DNA from: Chrysomallon squamiferum
Taxonomy: Eukaryota; Animalia; Mollusca
Assembly (NCBI GenBank): GCA_012295275.1
Contig: CM022675.1
Coordinates: 11,470,001-11,534,000 of the forward strand
Direction of reading: 5' to 3'
Length of the DNA: 64,000 bases
Below the pieces are notes generated by a model, which was not told the origin of the DNA, did no database searches, and worked only from the letters and a program-made list of their open reading frames with translations. Positions 57,416 through 64,000 of this stretch are shown piece after piece (position 1 is the stretch's first letter; every line of letters starts with the position of its first letter). A program made the translations under genes and the position numbers.

Positions 57416-58163
57416 TGGTTTTTTTTTGTTTTTTTTTTGTTGTTGTTGTTGTTTTTTTTTTTTTTTTTTTTTTTTGTTGTTGTTTGGTTGGTGTTCCCTT
57501 TCTTTATAGCTATATAAGATTTCTGAATCAAAACTGTTGATAAGATCAGTATAACGTAATGAACACTTCTCCCAAACCATTAATCGCTTCATAAATTTTT
57601 TAATTGCTCCATTTTGCTGGTGAACAAATCCCAGGTATTAAAACAGTGCATTGTCATTACAGCTCTGTCTCTAACGCAGGTGGGAAATTAATTTTTTTTT
57701 TTTTTTTTTTTTTTTACCTGGATCAGGTATGACAATTTACTTTTATTTATTTTGTCCCTAGAGTTACCATTTTTTTATCCCACAATTAATCATGTAAAAG
57801 AAATTAGTTATTTATGACCCGTTTTTGAATTAAACGACTCAATCTGTTAAAAGAAAAAAAAAAATAAAAAAATTAAAAATGGGCGAAAAATCCCATTAAA
57901 TTTAAAAAAATTAAAAAATAAAAGAAAAAAGAACACGATGAGAGGGACAGTCTTAAAAAGAATGTGAGAAACGTAAAATGAAAGAGAGAGGGAATGAAAG
58001 AAAAAATCTAGAATAACAAAGAGATGAACTTATTTTAGAGAATTTTAGGTGTGTTTGTACAAACCATGAAGTTTAATGTTTATTATTTTTTGCGAATTAC
58101 TATTTTTAATGCTGCAGACACAGTTATTAGTGCTATTGTTATTTCAGTTTGAATTCTTATTTC

Positions 58164-58230
<67 letters not shown>

Positions 58231-60230
58231 TATATTATTATTATTCTGAACTAACAAAAATAGCAGTAGTAATAGTAATAGTAGTAGTAGCTGTTGTTGT
58301 TGCAGTTGTTGTAGTGATAGTGGTACTGGATAGTAATATCTGCAGCAGTAATAGCTGTACCTGTAGTATTAGTAGTTATAGCGCTAGTAGTACTAGTAAT
58401 ACTAATTGTAGAACTAATAGTGTTTGTAGAAATTTTCCTGATATAGTTTTAATAGTAGTGACAACAGTAGGATAAGTAGTTGTACTAATAACTGTATTAG
58501 TAGTTGTTGTACAAGTAGTAGTAATAATAATAATAATAATAATGACGATGATTATGATGTTGAGGATGATGATATAACAACAACAACAGCAGATGGACAT
58601 TAAAATTAGTAGATGTATTAGTAGTAGTGGCAGTAGTACTAGTAGCAGTGGTTTTAGTAGTAGTAATATTATTAGTAGAAATAATAGTAATTATAGCAGT
58701 AGTAGTAATAGTAGAGTTAATAGTAGAGATAGTAACAGTAGTGGTAGGAGTAAGATTAATAGTAGTAGCAGCCTCGACAGCAGTATTAGTAGTAGAATAG
58801 TAATAGTAATAGTAGAACTAGTAGTAGTAGTACTAATAGTGGTGGTAGTTGAAGTAGTTGTAGTAGTGATAGCTGTAGAGTAGTAGTAGTAGCAGTAGTA
58901 GTAGTAGTATAACTACCTTAACTAGTTCTAGTACTACAACTGCCACTATAATTATAACTATTACAATCTCTACATGTTCACGTTCTTACAGACAAGGCAT
59001 AGCGTTAAAGAAAATTAATTAATTTTATAATAACAGAAGATCGATAAGTAAATAAAAATAATTAAAATAAGACTTAAAAAATAGAGAATATTTGAAATAA
59101 ATAAAGACATCAGTCAGGCATTTTAATAATAGATAAATATTTTTAAGCATCAATCAAAACGATTTTAATATTAATGAGACGAAATGTATGCACATTGTGT
59201 CACTTTGACCTTAGCTGTATATAATAATGTCATACAATCTACGTCGGCAACTTAATGTAGCTTATTTTTAAGTATGTCATTGTTATTTATTTTATTTTAT
59301 TTATTCATTCATTCTTTCGTTAATTTATTATTATTTTTTTCTTATTATTTATTTATTAACATATTTTATTTTTATTATTTTTTATTATTATTATTTATTT
59401 TTTATTATTATTTTTTTTTTTATGTTTTTGTTTGTTTTTAAGGTAATAATTTAGAAATGTATACGGTTGTATTAAAACACCGTTACCTGTGTATTACCCG
59501 TTAACTATTTACAATACTCATTAATCCTATAGTATGCAACTAAACAAAAACTGATTTTCGGATACAGATAACGTACAAAGAGCATTTAAATCTGCTGATA
59601 TTTAATTTAATTTTCTCACATAAAACAGACCAAAATAAAATTTCAGCGTGTGTTACTAGCAGTTAATTTACTAACAAAATACATCTTCGCTACTAATACA
59701 GTCGATTCAAATTAATTTTATGTAACTGTATGTTACTCATACACGTATATATTCTGCAAAATACACAGAATTAAAAAAAAAGAAGTTTTATGTGAAGAGT
59801 AAAATACTGTAAAATGTGTAACATGATCAGTCACGTGACAAGGTAGCAAACTAGAATGCACTATAGTTCGGATATTGTATGAACTAGAAATTAATTTATA
59901 GAGCAAGATTATATACTCATTCTAATTTATGGATAAAGGGAAAAAGTTGAAAAATGATTATGACATTGACTGTTATAACAATAGAAACAATAATAACAAC
60001 AATAATAAAAACAACAACAACAATATTAATAATATGAAATAAAAACCAACTAGTAACAACAACAAAAAGAATAAAATATTTTTTAATTTTCTCATTTCTG
60101 AATATGACACACCGACGTTATTTTCAATATTCAAGATGATTTAATCCATTTTATTACTATTATCATTATAATTAAAAATAAATCAAATTAAATAAATAAT
60201 TAAATAACTAATAACAATAATAACAACAAC

Positions 60231-60273
<43 letters not shown>

Positions 60274-60294
60274 TTTATATATCCGTTAAATGAA

Positions 60295-60357
<63 letters not shown>

Positions 60358-60397
60358 TTTAAAAATCCGTTAAATGAATATATAAATAAATAAATAA

Positions 60398-60440
<43 letters not shown>

Positions 60441-60949
60441 GTATTAATAATAATAATAATAATCATAATAATAATAATCATCAAAATAACAATAATAACA
60501 ACAAATTTCCAGTTTTAGTCTATTACGGTTACAGATAATAAATCAGTTTTTAGCTTACGCAGACAACAGCTACTTCAACACTGTAATAACTAGAGCGGCG
60601 ATGAAAACACAGTCAATGTGTGGTCTAATATTAGTAAACCTCACTGGTGGGGGGGCTCCTTTGACCGCCAACCGTGTCCACATCAAATAGCTGAGTATCC
60701 AATCACAAGAAACCCTGCGTGTAAATATAAAAATAAAAAGAATTTAAAAAAAAGAAAGAAATAAAAAAAAAAAAAAAAAAAAAAAAAAGTATATTAAGTT
60801 CAAGTGTGAATGACGTTTCCATATCAACGGTTTATCTTTTTCCGCGCGTAGCCCAACCCAGGTTCCACCTTCTTCCTGACGTCACAGACAAGTCACGCGC
60901 TGTCTGTCTGCATGGCTGTTTCGGGCTTTTCCCTCGGCAGACGATCTTA

Positions 60950-61044
60950 GCCACGCGGTAAAAATACCCTGAGAAACGAGAAGTTACTGAAGAGACCCCA
61001 AAAAACGAACTTCTCCGAATCACAGGGTAAGTTTACAAGGTGAC
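60950..61044 (-). ncRNA. mir-1991: microRNA precursor, miR-10 family, best match miR-1991-type paralogue (predicted pre-miRNA ~60961-61031)
   Basis: Minus strand reads GUAAAC-UUACCCUGUGAUUCGGAGAAGUU-[22-nt loop]-AACUUCUCGUUUCUCAGGGUAUUUUUAC. The arms pair along their length (UACCCUG/CAGGGUA, AGAAGUU/AACUUCU) with small symmetric mismatches and one bulge, and the basal stem extends about 8 more positions. UACCCUGU is the miR-10/miR-993 5' core. The CUUACCCUGU...CGGAGAAG frame matches my recollection of mollusc/annelid miR-1991. UG lies at -14/-13 from the predicted 5' cut and CGUC (CNNC) at +18 from the predicted 3' cut. The family call is more secure than the paralogue name. Confidence 0.9.
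61009..61031 (-). ncRNA. predicted mature 5p miRNA CUUACCCUGUGAUUCGGAGAAGU (seed UUACCCU)
   Basis: Reverse complement of plus-strand acttctccgaatcacagggtaag. The 5' end is inferred from the basal UG position and resemblance to miR-1991; exact ends need small-RNA reads. Confidence 0.75.
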
Positions 61045-61129
61045 AACAACACGTTATCAAAACTCTTTCTTTCATTTTTTATTTTCTTTTTTTTTTTTCT
61101 TTTTTTTAAAGGAAATTTTTCGCTCTCAG

Positions 61130-61560
61130 TTTCCTTCGGGCAAGAAACTTTGCTGAAACAAAACGCTTTCGCACCAGCCTTTACCTTTTCATCAAACGAT
61201 TACCACCGAATAGCGACACGGAGCAAGTGCGCATGCGCCGGAGGTCAATAAGTCAAACTCGGTCCCACCTCATCTCGCTGTCTTTTCACAAGATATATCG
61301 CGGATTCAGCGCCGCGTGGCCACGCCCCCTACCGGCCGACCGGTAGTTAAACTTGTGGTAGCGATGGGAGATAATTTGGTAGACGCCTTCAGGCATGGAA
61401 TCTTGCATAGTTTTTGAATAAATCGCGATCCCATGCCGATCTTTGCACGCCGAGATGACACTAATAAAACTACCTCACCAGTAAAGAGCGCAAAGTTCAT
61501 ACTTCGATTAGATGCAATTTCCTCCTTTTGTAAAGAGCACTTCATCTTCGTGTCCGGTAA
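61130..61560. promoter_or_regulatory. CpG-rich island upstream of the miRNA: candidate pri-miRNA promoter and CTCF boundary
   Basis: NRF1/EWG motif TGCGCATGCGC at 61228-61238. Sp/KLF GCCACGCCCCC at 61319-61329 overlaps a minus-strand CTCF-type core GGCCGGTAGGGGGCG (61337-61323). AGGTCA half-site near 61242. CpG density is high relative to flanks. Confidence 0.6.
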
Positions 61561-61622
61561 TTATTAGTATACCAGGACGATTCTGCAAAAAATTATTATT
61601 ATTATTATTATTATTATTGTTG

Positions 61623-61693
<71 letters not shown>

Positions 61694-61763
61694 TTGTATT
61701 AACCATTAAATTGAGTAGAAATTTTTAAAATATTTTTTTATTTTTTATTCGGGTGTTCTTTGT

Positions 61764-61794
<31 letters not shown>

Positions 61795-62144
61795 TATATT
61801 TATTTATTTACCTATTTATTTATTTATTTATTTATTATTTACTTACTTACATATTTATTTTTGTTTAAAATACTTAATTTATATAAATTTTAACTATCTG
61901 TTTCTCTGTCAGTGTTTGTTACTTATTTATTAATATTTATTATTCCGACTTTTTATTATAATTATTTAAACATTTGTATAATTACTTCTTGTTTCCTCTC
62001 CTACAATGAAAATTAATCAATACACTATATTTTATTTTTGCTGTAAAATATTACTTTTTTTTTTTATTTATTTTTGTTTTTATTTTGATTTTAATTATAA
62101 ATATGATCATCATCATAATTATTATTATTATTATTATTATTATT

Positions 62145-62191
<47 letters not shown>

Positions 62192-62245
62192 ACCTTTACT
62201 GCCAATGCTTCTACTATCATTATTAGTTAATACTATTATTACAAC

Positions 62246-62301
<56 letters not shown>

Positions 62302-62796
62302 TTAACAATAATAATAACAATAACAATAATAATAATAATAACAAAAATAATGATAATAATGATTTTCATATTTTCCACTTTTATAAAGATTTTTAAATAA
62401 AACAAACCTGTAACAGACAATAATAAACAGTAATAAAATGAACATAAATAAAACAAAGTAGTCCCTTATATTTTTCTATCCTTGATAACAGAAAACGTTA
62501 TCTTGACTTTATGTAATGCAATATAGCCATGTATAACATTCCAAAGTATCATTTTGCACATATTTTTCTAGAATAAATCGTTCTATTCTTGAAAATATCT
62601 TTACACTAAGCACACTAACCGTGATTCTAAACTATTCCACAGTCGCAAAGTCGTTCTCACTTTCTAGAACAAACAATCGATAATTTTATATTAACATTGT
62701 AGAAAGTGATGCATTCATCTCTCTAGAATGAGCTACCGATAATTTAGCACATAACGTAGTACAAACACCGTTCTAGAATTAACCACCGATTGCTTT

Positions 62797-63265
62797 ACAT
62801 TAGTTTTACACAAAGTAGTTCAACCATCTTTTTACAATTACCAGTAATTTAACATTAGCTTTACACAAAGTAGTTCAACCATCTTTTTACAGCTAACTAC
62901 CGATAATTTAACATTAGCTTTATACAAAGTAGTTCAACCATCTTTTTACAACTACCAGTAATTTAACATTAGCTTTACACAAAGTAGTTCAACCATCTTT
63001 TTACAGCTAACTACCGATAATTTAACATTAGCTTTACACAAAGTAGTTCAACCATCTTTTTACAACTACCAGTAATTTAACATTAGCTTTACACAAAATA
63101 GTTCAACCATCTTTTTACAACTACCAGTAATTTAACATTAGCTTTACACAAAGTAGTTCAACCATCTTTTTACAACTAACTACCGATAATTTAACATTAG
63201 CTTTACATAAAGTAGTTCAACCATCTTTTTACAACTAACTACCGATAATTTTACATATAAAGTAG
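62797..63265. repeat. 55/59-bp minisatellite (8 copies) with diverged upstream copies
   Basis: AGTTCAACCATC at 62817, 62872, 62931, 62986, 63045, 63100, 63155 and 63214 (spacings 55, 59, 55, 59, 55, 55, 59). Related TTCTAGAA/ACCGAT words occur at 62565-62790. Confidence 0.95.
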
Positions 63266-64000
63266 TATAATCATCAATCATGAATGAACTACCGATGCTT
63301 TGCAGTACATCAGAGGTTTCTCTTGACAATAAAGTTACCATCAACAGCAGACAATTCCGTCTTGGTTTTCTATAAAATGACGAAACCATCTTTCTAAAAA
63401 TGGCAGCCATTAATTTTTATACTGGATTCTATGATACAACCGTATTTCTATACCTCATATTCGACCATCATTCTTTTGCAGCTCTGTGCTATAATATTTC
63501 AACCATTATTTTAAATTCACATATCAATAACATAATTTCAGTATTACATAATGTAACGGAAACACTTCAACAGTCATAATTTTATATTGCCTTTTTAGAA
63601 AGTGATTAGTGCAACCATTTTTTTTTTTTCCTAGAATTTACTTTCCAGTTGTTTTATATTACATTTACTCAAAAAAAATAAAAAATTAAAAAAAAAAAAA
63701 AAATAAAATAGAAAGAAAATTTTAAAAATTAAAACGTATGCAACTAACAATCGATATTCTTACGATAACTTCGACGAACAGTCCAGCTACATTTCCATGC
63801 TTGATAATGACAATTTAACCCTCTCTTCACAACCAATAAAACATAATAGCTGGTAATTTAATTTTTATCTGCGTAAAAAAAATAATAATAATAAAAAAAA
63901 AAAAAAAAAAAAAAAATAAAATAATGTCTCTAAATTCACCAATCGATAAATACATCTTGGCTTCTACAAAACATAATTCAACCACAAATCTAGGCAACGT

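Overview
This is eukaryotic (animal) non-coding DNA, roughly three-quarters A+T by eye and saturated with microsatellites ((AG)n, (AC)n, (AT)n, (AAT)n, (ACT)n, (AGAT)n, (AAAT)n, homopolymers). Nearly all listed ORFs are translations of these repeats. I find no credible protein-coding gene and no homeobox exon. The one firm gene is a minus-strand miR-10-family microRNA hairpin at about 60950-61044. Its predicted 5p is CUUACCCUGUGAUUCGGAGAAGU, closest to the lophotrochozoan paralogue miR-1991, and it carries correctly placed basal UG and CNNC processing motifs. About 300 bp upstream is a CpG-rich island with a strong CTCF motif plus NRF1 and Sp/KLF motifs. About a dozen further CpG-rich unique-sequence islands (0.3-1.2 kb) lie between the repeats. 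They are dense in posterior-Hox/Cdx (GTCGTAAA, GYCATAAA), Pbx-Hox (TGATTTATGG, TGATTGATGG), Meis, TCF, CRE, YY1/PHO, RFX, STAT and nuclear-receptor DR1 motifs. I infer that the window is intergenic regulatory territory of, or next to, an expanded lophotrochozoan Hox cluster (probably mollusc, plausibly cephalopod). There are weaker hints of an antisense (plus-strand) spliced, structured non-coding transcript. Four clear minisatellites are present, one forming a phased array of STAT/BCL6-type sites. Motif calls are pattern matches only, and miRNA identities are recalled rather than database-checked.
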